Source of the DNA: Syntrophales bacterium
Lineage (GTDB): Bacteria; Desulfobacterota; Syntrophia; Syntrophales; UBA4778
Length of the DNA stretch: 64,000 nt
Assembly: GCA_963665615.2 (NCBI GenBank)
Contig: CAXXQE010000006.1
Location: 372,001 to 436,000, forward strand
Direction of reading: 5' to 3'
Both the position numbers and the translations under genes were made by a program. Below the pieces are notes generated by a model. That model saw only the letters and a list, made by a program, of their open reading frames with translations. It ran no database searches and was not told where the DNA came from. Numbering within the stretch: position 1 is the first letter of the stretch; every line of letters begins with the position of its first letter. This document shows, piece after piece, positions 1 to 9,658 of this stretch.

Positions 1-574
1 CCAGTTGGCGCCCGGGTTCGGTCAGCTCCTGGACAAGGCCCAGACGATAGGCCTCTTCGGCGCTCATTTCATCGCCGGTCAGCAGGCATCGCATAGCGTT
101 TCCCCAGCCGATTTCCCGATGCAGACGGATGGTCCCGCCGCTCGTGGGATAGATGCCCCGTTTGACCTCGAGCAGCGCAAAACGGGTATCCGATGCGGCA
201 ATACGGATGTCCATTGCCAGGAGCAGTTCAAACCCGATGGTAAAACAGATCCCGTGAACCGCCATCACGACGGGTTTCTGAACGCGCGTTTCATCTTCAA
301 GCCCCCGCGGGTCGATCGCCCCGTCAGGCAGCGGAGGGAACAAGCCATCTTTCTCCAGCACTGGCGCCCATTGCGAAAGATCGAGACCGGCCGTAAAATG
401 CTTGCCATTGGCATACACGAGGCCACAACGGCATTCCGGATCATTGTTCAACTGGCCGAAGGCAACGGCCAGTTCCCTGAACATGTCCAGGTCGAAAGCA
501 TTGAGCTTCTGGGGCCGATTCAGCCCCATCATCAGAACATGACCTTTCTTTTCAACGATGACTTTCTGTTCCAT
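1..574 (-). CDS. Enoyl-CoA hydratase/crotonase family protein (3' end runs off the window); tandem paralog of 640..1428
   Basis: Absent from the ORF track. Manual minus-strand translation from the ATG at 574 gives MEQKVIVEKKGHVLMMGLNRPQKLNAFD...GFELLLAMD...LEVKRGIYP; GAAGGAGA RBS upstream. Confidence 0.9.
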   Translation of the reverse strand, partial: MEQKVIVEKKGHVLMMGLNRPQKLNAFDLDMFRELAVAFGQLNNDPECRCGLVYANGKHFTAGLDLSQWAPVLEKDGLFPPLPDGAIDPRGLEDETRVQKPVVMAVHGICFTIGFELLLAMDIRIAASDTRFALLEVKRGIYPTSGGTIRLHREIGWGNAMRCLLTGDEMSAEEAYRLGLVQELTEPGRQL

Positions 575-639
575 TTCTATCTCCTTCCAGTTGCCGGCGG
601 TTATTCTCTCACCGCCCGCCCGCGACCGCTTTAGCGGCA

Positions 640-1428
640 TCAGCGTCCCTTGAATTGCGCCTCTCTTCTCTCAACAAAGGATCTCACCCCTTCCGCGGCG
701 TCTTCACTCCTCATCAGGGTCATCAGATCGGGGACCAGCCTTTTAACGGCCGGTTCCTCTCCGAACATCTGAACACGCCTCGCGGACTCAAGCGCCGCCT
801 TGACGCCCAGCGGCGCCTGTTTCGCGATGGATTCTGCAATCTCCATCCCGCGATCCAACTGCCGCCCGTTCTGAGTCACTTCCTGAATGAGGCCAAGCCG
901 GCAGGCTTCGTCGGCACGAATCTCATCACCGGTCAAGAGGTACCGCATGGCATTTCCCCAACCGATTTCCTTATGAAGCCTGATCGTAGCGCCTCCGGCC
1001 GGATAGATGCCACGTTTCACCTCGATAACCGCAAACCGGGCATCCGCTGAAGCCACACGGATATCCGTGGCCAGCAGGATTTCAAAACCGATCGTAAAAC
1101 AGATGCCTTGAACGGCCATCACAACGGGTTTCTGGACACGCCTTTCCGGATCCAGACCATAGAGATCGCAGGCGTCTTTCGGCAGCGGCGGGGGAAACGT
1201 CCCCTGTTCGAAATGAGCCGTCCACTGAGAGAGATCAAGACCGGAGGTAAAATGCTTTCCGTTGGCGTACAACAGGCCGCAACGGCATTCCGGATCAAGA
1301 TTCAACTCCCCCAGCGCCACACTGAGTTCTATAAACATGTCCACGTCAAAAGCGTTCAGTTTCTGGGGACGATTAAGTCCCATCATGAGAACGTTCCCCT
1401 TTTTTTCAACGGTGACTTTCTTTTCCAT
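640..1428 (-). CDS. Enoyl-CoA hydratase/crotonase family protein
   Basis: LNRPQKLNAF, FTSGLDL oxyanion motif, both catalytic Glu (GFE, IEVKRG); start moved to the ATG at 1428 behind an AAGGAG RBS. Confidence 0.9.
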   Translation of the reverse strand: MEKKVTVEKKGNVLMMGLNRPQKLNAFDVDMFIELSVALGELNLDPECRCGLLYANGKHFTSGLDLSQWTAHFEQGTFPPPLPKDACDLYGLDPERRVQKPVVMAVQGICFTIGFEILLATDIRVASADARFAVIEVKRGIYPAGGATIRLHKEIGWGNAMRYLLTGDEIRADEACRLGLIQEVTQNGRQLDRGMEIAESIAKQAPLGVKAALESARRVQMFGEEPAVKRLVPDLMTLMRSEDAAEGVRSFVERREAQFKGR

Positions 1429-1596
1429 TTCGTTCTCCTTGTCTAACAAGTGGCCTTTATTGATCCCGAGCGGTTTTTATAGTTAAGGTTTGATAACGGA
1501 TGCGGCTCGTTTCCGGATTGGGGCATGGGGGAAGCCAAAGCGCGAGCGCGTCAGCGGTCGCGCTTTGGCAGAGGGGGAAAGCATCCCCCGTGGCTG

Positions 1597-1636
1597 AATC
1601 TGGCAGCGAACGCATCTCGCAGCTTGCTGCGAGATA
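1597..1636. repeat. Partial copy of the ~115-120 bp palindromic repeat family (CGCAGCTTGCTGCG hairpin)
   Basis: AATCTGGCAGCGAACGCATCTCGCAGCTTGCTGCGAGATA resembles the end of the copies at 51987 and 52102. Confidence 0.6.
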
Positions 1637-1703
1637 ACGGAAGCAGCAAGAGCATCCGTCTCGTTCGTCCTTCAGGCGTCTCAACGGAGAATGAGAAACC
1701 TTT

Positions 1704-2741
1704 TTATTGCAGCTGTTCACCCATCCGCTTTTGAATACGCTGCGCCTCCTCGACCATGCGATCCATCAACTCTGCGACCGATGGGACATCGTGGAGCAGA
1801 CCGACAACCTGACCGAGCGGAAGAACACCCTTTTGTGTATCCCCTTCTTCCGTGGCGAGGCGGTACAGTTCCCCGCCGATTGCCAGATGGGCAAGCTGAA
1901 GGGATTTTTTTGTCCCCTGGGAAATCGCGGCCACGACCAGCTTCGCAAAGGGGATATTCATGTCTTTGGTGACTTTTTTAGCCGATTTCAAGGCCGCCAC
2001 TGGATTGAATCCCTTCTTGATCGCCGTCTGCGTCCCCTCGGAGTCAAGAACGCGTGTCGGCAGGCCGTCGACACGATCCGTATAGACCGTATCGTAAACA
2101 TCCTTTTCGATGGACAACGCCTTACATACAGCATGCAGAGGACTTTCCTTCGTCGTCATAAAACGCGTCCCCATGGCGATCCCATCCGCACCGAGCGCCA
2201 GGGCTGCCGCCAGTCCACGTCCATCGGCGATGCCGCCGGCAACAATGATCGGTATCTTGATCGCGTCAACCAGATTCGGCACCAGAACAAAAGTGGTTAC
2301 ATCGCCCCCGTGCGCGGCTGCCTCATGGCCTGTCACTATCACGCCGTCACAGCCATAATCCTGCGCCCTCTTGGCATGGTGGTGATTGACAACCGTCGCA
2401 ATGACCTTGCCGCCATAGGCATGGACCGCTTCGACAATCCAATCTCCCTTGCCCAGAGAAAAGTTGATGACCGGCACCTTTTCCTCGATGAGCACCTTCG
2501 CATTCTCATCGGCATGCTCGAACAGCAGCGTGGCATTGGCGCCAAAAGGCTTGTCCGTCAATTCTCTGATTTCGCGGATCGCCTTCCGGGTATCATCAGG
2601 GCCGAACGGGCCGGTTGCCAGAATGCCCAAGCCACCGGCATTCGAGATGGCCGCCACAAGCGGCGGGGTGCTGATCCAGCTCATCCCCGAAAGCAGAATC
2701 GGGTATTTAATACCGAACAGCTCTGTAATGCGTGTTTTCAT
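1704..2741 (-). CDS. Nitronate monooxygenase / FabK-like FMN-dependent enoyl-thioester reductase family protein
   Basis: MKTRITELFGIKYPI, NAGGLG, GHEAAAH, AGGIADGRG, MGTRF motifs; start at the ATG at 2741 after an AAGGAG RBS. Confidence 0.85.
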   Translation of the reverse strand: MKTRITELFGIKYPILLSGMSWISTPPLVAAISNAGGLGILATGPFGPDDTRKAIREIRELTDKPFGANATLLFEHADENAKVLIEEKVPVINFSLGKGDWIVEAVHAYGGKVIATVVNHHHAKRAQDYGCDGVIVTGHEAAAHGGDVTTFVLVPNLVDAIKIPIIVAGGIADGRGLAAALALGADGIAMGTRFMTTKESPLHAVCKALSIEKDVYDTVYTDRVDGLPTRVLDSEGTQTAIKKGFNPVAALKSAKKVTKDMNIPFAKLVVAAISQGTKKSLQLAHLAIGGELYRLATEEGDTQKGVLPLGQVVGLLHDVPSVAELMDRMVEEAQRIQKRMGEQLQ

Positions 2742-2879
2742 CAATCGTATTCTCCTTGATGTCATATGGCAGTTCGGCCATAAAGCCCGACTCTACCTGA
2801 AACAGCGATGGCGGTTTCAGTGAAGCGATGAACGACCCTGCCGTGAGAATAGCTCTTTTCGCTGATACGCCCTCTGATC

Positions 2880-3599
2880 TCAGAAAGGAGGAAACTGCCG
2901 GAGACCCTCTATAAACGCGGGATCATCCTTTTCCATGATCTTGAGGACCCACTCATTCAGATTGCGCTTCATTTCGCGGAAATTGATACGCCTCTTGTTG
3001 AAAGATCTCGCAAACGCCATGCACTCTTCCATCAATTTTGTTTCATTTTCACAGGCCTTCAAAATCGAGTGCGCATCCAGCTCCGACGCAGAATAACGCT
3101 TGGCTGTGTAGAGCATTTCTGTCAGCTTGGGTTCGGGAATGGCCTTGCGGACAAGCGCCGTAAAACCTGGCTGGAATGCGACATCGACATCAATTTCAGG
3201 CAAAAAGAAAAAACCCCGATCCGCTCTCATAAAGCGGAAATCGCAGGCACAGGCCAGAATGCCCCCGGCGGCAACGACATGTCCGTTAATGGCGGCAATC
3301 ACGGGCATGGGATAGAGCAGAAATCTCTTGACCACATCGCCAAGGCCATAGAAAAAATTTCGGACGGATTGGAGGTCCTTTGCCGCAAACCGCCCCCCCA
3401 TCCAATCCAGATCAATTCCCTGCGACCAGTTTTTCGGATCGCTCGATGTAATCACCACGGCACAAATCGACTCGTCCCTTTCGATTTCATCCATCACAGT
3501 CAGCATCTCGTTGATTAAGACCGGATTGACGCGGTTCTCGCCATTGATCATGCTCACCACCGCTACGGTTCCGTCTTTTTTCCATTCTAGAACAGCCAT
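2880..3599 (-). CDS. Enoyl-CoA isomerase-like crotonase family protein
   Basis: WSQGIDL, AAINGH, CDFRFM; only the second Glu (LPEIDV) is retained. Confidence 0.85.
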   Translation of the reverse strand: MAVLEWKKDGTVAVVSMINGENRVNPVLINEMLTVMDEIERDESICAVVITSSDPKNWSQGIDLDWMGGRFAAKDLQSVRNFFYGLGDVVKRFLLYPMPVIAAINGHVVAAGGILACACDFRFMRADRGFFFLPEIDVDVAFQPGFTALVRKAIPEPKLTEMLYTAKRYSASELDAHSILKACENETKLMEECMAFARSFNKRRINFREMKRNLNEWVLKIMEKDDPAFIEGLRQFPPF

Positions 3600-3673
3600 T
3601 TCAAACCTCCATAATATTTATTAATGAACATCTTGCACACCATAGCACTGATAATGGCTGTCGTCCCGTTTTT

Positions 3674-4441
3674 TTACCGATTCTGAAACACGGGTTTCCT
3701 TTTGTTGATGAAGGCATCGGCGCCTTCTTTTTTGTCCTCCGACGAGAAACACTGTCTCTGGATCAGCAGTTCCACGGCGAGCCCCTGCTCAATGGACACG
3801 TTGCGCCCCTTTGTGATGGCTTCTTTCGCCCCGCGTACGGCGATAGGAGCGTTCGCAGCAATCTTTCTCGCCATATCCAGAGCCGCCTCGTTGAGGTTTT
3901 CCGGAGAGGCCACCGCATCCACCAGGCCGATTTTTTCTGCCTCAGCCGCATCGATGATCTCTGCCAGATAGATCATTTTCTTGGCCTTGCCGATCGGGAT
4001 CGTCCGGCAAAGACGCTGGGTGCCGCCGTATCCCGGGATGATGCCCAACGTCACCTCCGGAAAACCGAACTTCGCCTTCTCCGAGGCGATTCTAAGATCG
4101 CAAGCCAACGCCAGTTCCAGACCGCCGCCCAATGCAAATCCGTTGACGGCGGCAATCACAGGCACCGGGAAGTTCTCTATCAGCGAGAAGATGCGGTGCC
4201 CCTTGCTCGTCAAATCCTCGGCGTCGTTCGGCGTCCAGGAGGCGAATTCCTTGATGTCCGCGCCGGCCACGAATGAACGCCCGACACCGGTGATGATCAC
4301 GGCACGAATCGTTTCATCCTGAACAAGGGTGTTAAACGTATCCCGAATGCCGTCCATGACGCTCCTGTCCAATGGATTCATTGGCGGATTGTCGATCGTT
4401 ACCAGGGCGATATGGTCATTAACCGTATAACTTACATTCAT
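3674..4441 (-). CDS. Enoyl-CoA hydratase (crotonase-type)
   Basis: FVAGADI, GGGLELALACD, FGFPEVTLGIIPGYGGTQRL; both catalytic Glu present. Confidence 0.9.
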   Translation of the reverse strand: MNVSYTVNDHIALVTIDNPPMNPLDRSVMDGIRDTFNTLVQDETIRAVIITGVGRSFVAGADIKEFASWTPNDAEDLTSKGHRIFSLIENFPVPVIAAVNGFALGGGLELALACDLRIASEKAKFGFPEVTLGIIPGYGGTQRLCRTIPIGKAKKMIYLAEIIDAAEAEKIGLVDAVASPENLNEAALDMARKIAANAPIAVRGAKEAITKGRNVSIEQGLAVELLIQRQCFSSEDKKEGADAFINKRKPVFQNR

Positions 4442-4512
4442 CTCGATGTTCTCCTTGTTGCATTTACATCCGCTCGGAAGGCGGCTCTCTGCGGACCACG
4501 AACCAGCTGTCC

Positions 4513-5664
4513 TTATTCAGACAGGATCCTGTTGGCAATAATCATCCGCTGAATCTGATTCGTCCCTTCCCAGATCTGCGTAATCTTTGCATCCCGCATC
4601 ATCCGCTCAACCGGATACTCGCGTGAGTATCCATACCCGCCAAGAACCTGGACAGCATCGGTGGTCACTTTCATGGCCATATCCGAGGCATACCATTTTG
4701 CCATGGAAGCGATTTTTGGAATATCCGGAGAATCCGGTTCCGTGTCGATCAGAGCGCCGGCCCGATAGACCATGGTTCTGGCCGTTTCCACATTCAATGC
4801 CATCTCCGCCAGCATCCACTGCATGCCCTGGAAAGAGGCGAGCGGCTTGCCGAACTGCACCCTTTCTTTCGCATGCTTGATCGCCGCTTCCAGCGCGCCC
4901 TGCATAACGCCAAGGGCCTGGGCGCCCACAACGGGACGCGTGTAATTGAATGTCTGCATGAGCACCTTGAAGCCGGCCTCTTCCTGGCCCCCCAATAACC
5001 GGTTTTCAGGCAGAAAGACGTCTTCGAAGATCAGTTCACTCGTGTCCGACCCGCGGACCCCCAACTTGTGTTCTTTTTTGCCGACGGAAAAGCCCTTGTC
5101 GCTCTTCTCGACGATGAACGCGCTGATCCCTTTGTTTCCTTTCGTCTTGTCTGTATGGGCGAAAACGACGACGATCTCCGCAAGGCCGCCTTCGGTAATG
5201 AATATTTTCGAACCATTCAAAAGGTAGCCGCCCTCGACCTTTTTCGCATTCGTTTTCATGCCTGCGACATCCGATCCCGCGCCGGGCTCGGTAATGGCGC
5301 AAGCCCCCATGCACTCTCCCTGAGACAGTCTGTAAAGGTAATTGTTCTTCTGGTCCTCTGTTCCGCCCAGGAGAATGGGATCGCTCACCAGGGCCTGGGT
5401 GGACAAGATGATGGCGGTGGACATGCAGCAGCGGGCGACTTCTTCGACAGCCAGAATCAGTGACAGGACGCCGGCACCCGCGCCACCGTACTCTTCCGGA
5501 ATCGGAATGCCCATCAAACCGTTATCTCTCAAAATCTCAAAATGCTTCATCGGAAAGGTTTCGCTCTCGTCCACCGACTGCGCCGCCGGGGCGAAATTCC
5601 GTTCCGCAATACGCCTCACCGTATCCCTTAGCATTGACTGTTCGTCACTCAATATAAAATCCAT
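4513..5664 (-). CDS. Acyl-CoA dehydrogenase
   Basis: TEPGAGSD, NGSKIFIT, RVQFGKPL, QVLGGYGY, catalytic Glu in QIWEGTNQIQR. Confidence 0.95.
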   Translation of the reverse strand: MDFILSDEQSMLRDTVRRIAERNFAPAAQSVDESETFPMKHFEILRDNGLMGIPIPEEYGGAGAGVLSLILAVEEVARCCMSTAIILSTQALVSDPILLGGTEDQKNNYLYRLSQGECMGACAITEPGAGSDVAGMKTNAKKVEGGYLLNGSKIFITEGGLAEIVVVFAHTDKTKGNKGISAFIVEKSDKGFSVGKKEHKLGVRGSDTSELIFEDVFLPENRLLGGQEEAGFKVLMQTFNYTRPVVGAQALGVMQGALEAAIKHAKERVQFGKPLASFQGMQWMLAEMALNVETARTMVYRAGALIDTEPDSPDIPKIASMAKWYASDMAMKVTTDAVQVLGGYGYSREYPVERMMRDAKITQIWEGTNQIQRMIIANRILSE

Positions 5665-5693
5665 TACCTATCTCCTTTTTTATCGGGCATAGT

Positions 5694-6251
5694 CTAAAAC
5701 TCGATGCCCTTTTTTTCTTTAACCCCTTTGGCGTAATGGTGCTTGATTTCTCTCACCTCGCTTACCATATCCGCCATCTCAATCACCTCCTCGGGCGCAT
5801 ACCTACCCGTGAGGATCACCGTCACTTTCTCCGCTTTGTTTTGGACAGCACTGAGAACCTCGTCCAGAGAAACCAGCTGAAAGTAAAGAGCCACATTGAT
5901 TTCATCCAGCACGACCAGATCGTATTCGCCTGAGGAGAGCGCCTCCCGGGCCAGTGCCATCCCTTTCCGGGCAAGCGAAAGATCGGCATCGCTCGGCGCG
6001 CCCAATTTAACAAAACTGTCCAGGCCGCATTGATGAAAAGTCAGCTGTGGGAGATATTTCTCCGCGCAGAGCACCTCGCCGTACTTGCGTCCCTTCATGA
6101 ACTGAATGATACAAACCTTCCAACCGTGTCCCAAAGCACGGAGGGCCTGACCGAGGGCAGACGTTGTCTTGCCCTTTCCGTTGCCGGTTATAACCATGAC
6201 CAGGCCCCGCTGTCCCTCCGTCTGGGTCTGTTCTTTCTGGCAGTCCGCCAT
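5694..6251 (-). CDS. cobO: Cob(I)yrinic acid a,c-diamide / cobalamin adenosyltransferase (CobO/BtuR type)
   Basis: TGNGKGKTTSALG, QFMKG, LDEINVAL, LTGR, C-terminal KHHY..G...KGIEF. Confidence 0.92.
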   Translation of the reverse strand: MADCQKEQTQTEGQRGLVMVITGNGKGKTTSALGQALRALGHGWKVCIIQFMKGRKYGEVLCAEKYLPQLTFHQCGLDSFVKLGAPSDADLSLARKGMALAREALSSGEYDLVVLDEINVALYFQLVSLDEVLSAVQNKAEKVTVILTGRYAPEEVIEMADMVSEVREIKHHYAKGVKEKKGIEF

Positions 6252-6290
6252 TTGCGTTCTCCTTTTATTTAACCGCTCCGGGCGGAGGAA

Positions 6291-7235
6291 TCATTTCAGA
6301 TGAATACGTCGAATGATCTCTTCCGCCGCCGCAATCGGCGTTGTGGATGAGGCAAGCACCCTGTCCACCATTTCCGGAAGATAGGTATCGCTTTCATCCG
6401 CGAGCTGAAAAAAGACAGCGGAGCGGATCTCTTCCTCTATTCTTTTCCGGCGGCGTTCCTCTTTGTTCACTTCTGTCCTGGCGCTGACCGCCTCGATGGT
6501 TTCAATCAGCTCACGAATCCCTTCATTCCGTTCCGCCGATGTTTTCACAACGGGAGGCCTTTCGTTCGCCTGCTTTAAGCAGAGGATGCCCTCAATTTCG
6601 TTTTTCAGAAGGTCTGCACCGGGACGGTCCGACTTATTGATGACGAACAGATCGGCAATTTCCATAATGCCGGCCTTGGTCATTTGGATGGAGTCCCCAT
6701 AGCCGGGGACCAAGAGAACCATTGTTATATCGACGAACTTCGCAATATCTATCTCATCCTGACCGACCCCAAGGGTCTCCACCAGAATCACATCAAAGCC
6801 GAAGGCCTTATAGAGGTAAAGGACATACTTGGTCGCTTCCGATAAACCGCCTAAAGCTTTACGACTGGCGAGACTCCGGATAAAAACGCCGGAATCCGCG
6901 TTGTGTTCCTGCATCCGAACCCGATCGCCGAGAACGGCCCCGCCGGAAAAAGGAGACGTCGGGTCCACGGCCAGAACGCCGACCGTTTTTCCGTCTTTGC
7001 GGTAACTCCGAATCACCGCATTGATTAACGTGCTTTTTCCTGCACCCGGAGGGCCCGTAAAGCCGACCGTCAGACAATGATTCCGTTCCTTTTTGAAAGA
7101 ATCATTCAAGAGGGTCTTCCACCCCTCCCGAGCGTTTTCAACAATGGAAATCGCTCTCGTCAGTCCTCTGATATCTCTTTTCTCCATCAGGCGGATAATG
7201 TCGTCCACCTGGAATGATCCTGTTGCGCTACTCAA
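6291..7235 (-). CDS. meaB: MeaB/ArgK G-protein chaperone of B12-dependent mutases
   Basis: GPPGAGKST, DPTSPFSGGAVLGDRVRM, ETLGVGQ, NKSD. Likely TTG start at 7235 behind AAAGAGGA; the longer ORF begins inside a repeat. Confidence 0.9.
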   Translation of the reverse strand: MSSATGSFQVDDIIRLMEKRDIRGLTRAISIVENAREGWKTLLNDSFKKERNHCLTVGFTGPPGAGKSTLINAVIRSYRKDGKTVGVLAVDPTSPFSGGAVLGDRVRMQEHNADSGVFIRSLASRKALGGLSEATKYVLYLYKAFGFDVILVETLGVGQDEIDIAKFVDITMVLLVPGYGDSIQMTKAGIMEIADLFVINKSDRPGADLLKNEIEGILCLKQANERPPVVKTSAERNEGIRELIETIEAVSARTEVNKEERRRKRIEEEIRSAVFFQLADESDTYLPEMVDRVLASSTTPIAAAEEIIRRIHLK

Positions 7236-7261
7236 AATATCCTCTTTCGTACCAGCATTGC

Positions 7262-7380
7262 TTGACGATTCACCGGCGCTTGCTCCGGTGAATCTCTGAT
7301 TCCCAAGGAAGGTGTTCAATCCTGATTCACTCGATCCCCCTGCGGTAAAGCGCCGGAAGGACGATCGCTGGAGAATTCAA
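7262..7380 (+). repeat. ~119 bp palindromic interspersed repeat (family F) between the mutase small subunit and meaB
   Basis: TTGACGATTCACCGGCGCTTGCTCCGGTGAATCTCTGATTCC...GAATTCAA aligns with 13904..14022. Confidence 0.8.
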
Positions 7381-7415
7381 GACAAGACCCCCCTGCCGAT
7401 TTTATCGCACCTTGC

Positions 7416-7814
7416 TTAACGAGCGACGCTGCGAATATGGGCAAGGATCGTTTCCATCGGCGTACCCGGACCGTAATTGCCGGTCACGCCCATCTTTTCC
7501 AGTTCCTTGATGTCACTCGGCGTGAGCAAGCCCCCGGCAATAATGGGCACCTCCGCCACCCCGAGTTTCTTTAACTCGGCCATGACCGCTTCAGCGATGA
7601 TCGGAAGACTGCCCGTATGATCGCTCAGGGCTATCACATCAACATCTTCCGATACGGCTGCATTGGCTACGCCTTTGGGCGTCTGATAGCGGCCCGTATA
7701 AATGGCTTCCATTCCCTCGTCCCGAAAAGTTGTCAACAGCGTCAGGGCCCCTCTCTCATGAATATCGCATCCAACCTTGGCGATTAATATCCGAATCTTT
7801 TTTTCTTTGCTCAT
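7416..7814 (-). CDS. Cobalamin-binding (small) subunit of an acyl-CoA mutase
   Basis: DxHxxG motif (GCDIHERGA), Rossmann B12-binding fold features, AGG, C-terminal YGPGTP. Confidence 0.92.
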   Translation of the reverse strand: MSKEKKIRILIAKVGCDIHERGALTLLTTFRDEGMEAIYTGRYQTPKGVANAAVSEDVDVIALSDHTGSLPIIAEAVMAELKKLGVAEVPIIAGGLLTPSDIKELEKMGVTGNYGPGTPMETILAHIRSVAR

Positions 7815-7819
7815 CTTGT

Positions 7820-9511
7820 CTACTCCTTCACGATCTCACGGATAAATTCCGGAGCTTCTATTTCTTTAAGCGGATCGTAATTGACACCGAATCCCATTCG
7901 AATGAGACCAACACATTCCCCGAGTGTCATGCCCACTTTAGCTGCATCGATCACGGCACGCTGGGTATTGCGACCCTCTTTTGTCGCCCTGTATACGTCC
8001 TTCATGAGCGGCGCCAGCCTTTTCATGTCGCGGCTCGCCCTGAATGCCTTCACTTCGGCCACCATGGCTTCCCGGGCCGCGACGGACGGCGATTTGTAGG
8101 CTACATCTCGGATGGCTCTGTTGATCGGACCTTCCGGCCCTTCTTCGCGGAATGCGTTGACGCCGACGATCAGACGCTTCTTGTCCGTCTTCTCGCGCTG
8201 CACATTCAGACGGCCGGCCTCCATGACTTCATTGAGCCAGCCCGATTCCAGGCAGGCGAAAATGCCGCCGCGGGCTTCGATTTCCTTCAGGTAGTCGTTG
8301 ACCTCTTTCTCCATGCGGCTCGTCAGCCACTCCAGATAATAGGACCCTCCCAGAGGATCGGCCACAAGCGGCACATTGGCCTCGTGGGTAACGATGTGCT
8401 GGGTATCCAGGTTGAAGATCCGGGCTTCCAGGGAAGGCAAGCCAATGGCTTCGTCGACACTGGAGGCATCGAGCGAATTCACGCCGCCCAAAACGCAGCT
8501 TAAGATCTGAAGGGTGACGCGCGCCGCATTGTTCAGGGGCTTCTGGCTGGTCAATGACAATCCCGATGTACGGATGCCGATCTTCAGCTGCATCGCCCGG
8601 TTGGTCTTGGCGCCGAACTTCTCTTTGGCGATTTTTGCCCACATCTTCCGGGCGAGGCGGAATTTGGCGATTGTCTCGAAGAAATCCGACTCGGCATCGA
8701 GGGCCATCACCATGGCGCCGTAATCGTCGATCGAAATACCCCGTTCCGCCAGATCCGTCATGACCTGCGTCGCCACGGCCAGACAGCCTCCCAACTCACG
8801 GATAGCATCCATGCCGCCCTGACAGGGATCAACGCCGTTCGGTGCAATAGGCCGCCAGTTCGGCGTGTTGCGCACGGAGTACTCAATGTGATCCAGGCAG
8901 ATACGCCGGTCGAGTGCTGTGGGAAAGTCTGGACAGCCGTAAACGAGTTTTGTCCGGATGGGATCGTTGATGCTGTTGCCCCGCAATTTTTTCATATCGA
9001 TCCCTTTATTCTCCATGACAGCGACCAGCAGGGCGTAGAAATAGAGAAAACTCGACATGCCGGCGTGAGCGAACTCAAAGATTGCCTCACCAAGAGGCAG
9101 GCCATCCAGCATTCTCTCATAGACGGGGAGGCCGTAGGTGGCCACACCGCCGCACATCATGCTGTTCCACGCAGAAGGGTGATCGGGATCGATTCCCGCC
9201 TGTGTGGGCAGATCGCAGAGCAGTCGCAGGTCCGTCAGACCGTTGGCAATATAGTCTCTAAAGGCCTGGTTCGTTTCCTCTGCTGTTGCATAACTCACAA
9301 TGAAAGATTTCAACCAGAGGCGGTCCCTGTACATTTCCGGGTAAAGGCCCCGCGTAAAGGGAAACGCACCCGGATCACCGATATCCTGCTCATAGGACAG
9401 GTGACTGATATCCTGACTATTGTAAAAAGGCTTCAACTCGATACCGCTCTGAGTCGCTGTCCTTACCATGTGGCCGGCTTTCCGATCGACCTTTGCCGTG
9501 ACGTCTGCCAT
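7820..9511 (-). CDS. Acyl-CoA mutase large (substrate-binding TIM-barrel) subunit, methylmalonyl-CoA mutase family, divergent active site
   Basis: PGAFPFTRGLYPEMY, DLPTQ, AKFRLAR, TSGLSLT, DEAIGLP, DPLGGSYYLE, IVGVN; start at the ATG at 9511 after GAGGAG. Confidence 0.92.
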   Translation of the reverse strand: MADVTAKVDRKAGHMVRTATQSGIELKPFYNSQDISHLSYEQDIGDPGAFPFTRGLYPEMYRDRLWLKSFIVSYATAEETNQAFRDYIANGLTDLRLLCDLPTQAGIDPDHPSAWNSMMCGGVATYGLPVYERMLDGLPLGEAIFEFAHAGMSSFLYFYALLVAVMENKGIDMKKLRGNSINDPIRTKLVYGCPDFPTALDRRICLDHIEYSVRNTPNWRPIAPNGVDPCQGGMDAIRELGGCLAVATQVMTDLAERGISIDDYGAMVMALDAESDFFETIAKFRLARKMWAKIAKEKFGAKTNRAMQLKIGIRTSGLSLTSQKPLNNAARVTLQILSCVLGGVNSLDASSVDEAIGLPSLEARIFNLDTQHIVTHEANVPLVADPLGGSYYLEWLTSRMEKEVNDYLKEIEARGGIFACLESGWLNEVMEAGRLNVQREKTDKKRLIVGVNAFREEGPEGPINRAIRDVAYKSPSVAAREAMVAEVKAFRASRDMKRLAPLMKDVYRATKEGRNTQRAVIDAAKVGMTLGECVGLIRMGFGVNYDPLKEIEAPEFIREIVKE

Positions 9512-9658
9512 TTGCTCATCTCCTCTCAATATTATGCCTAATGTGTTTTTACTTTATATTGTGTATTGTGTCTTCACGAAGTGCAACAAAAACCATCAAT
9601 ACCTTTCTGCTCAATAACACGCGCTTTGTGTGCAGCACGTCGTTTGACACATACTATC

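Noticed and set aside
5..634. 209-aa plus-strand ORF, and similar long antisense ORFs (1707..2759, 43903..45255, 55280..56245, 62311..63918)
   Set aside because: They are shadows on the opposite strand of well-supported genes and show no recognisable motifs.
7236..7319. N-terminal extension of MeaB in the ORF track
   Set aside because: It starts inside a family F repeat; a TTG with a good RBS at 7235 is more plausible.
7820..9511. Annotation as ordinary methylmalonyl-CoA mutase (mutB/scpA)
   Set aside because: The Tyr89/Arg207/His244-equivalent residues appear absent, so no gene symbol was assigned.
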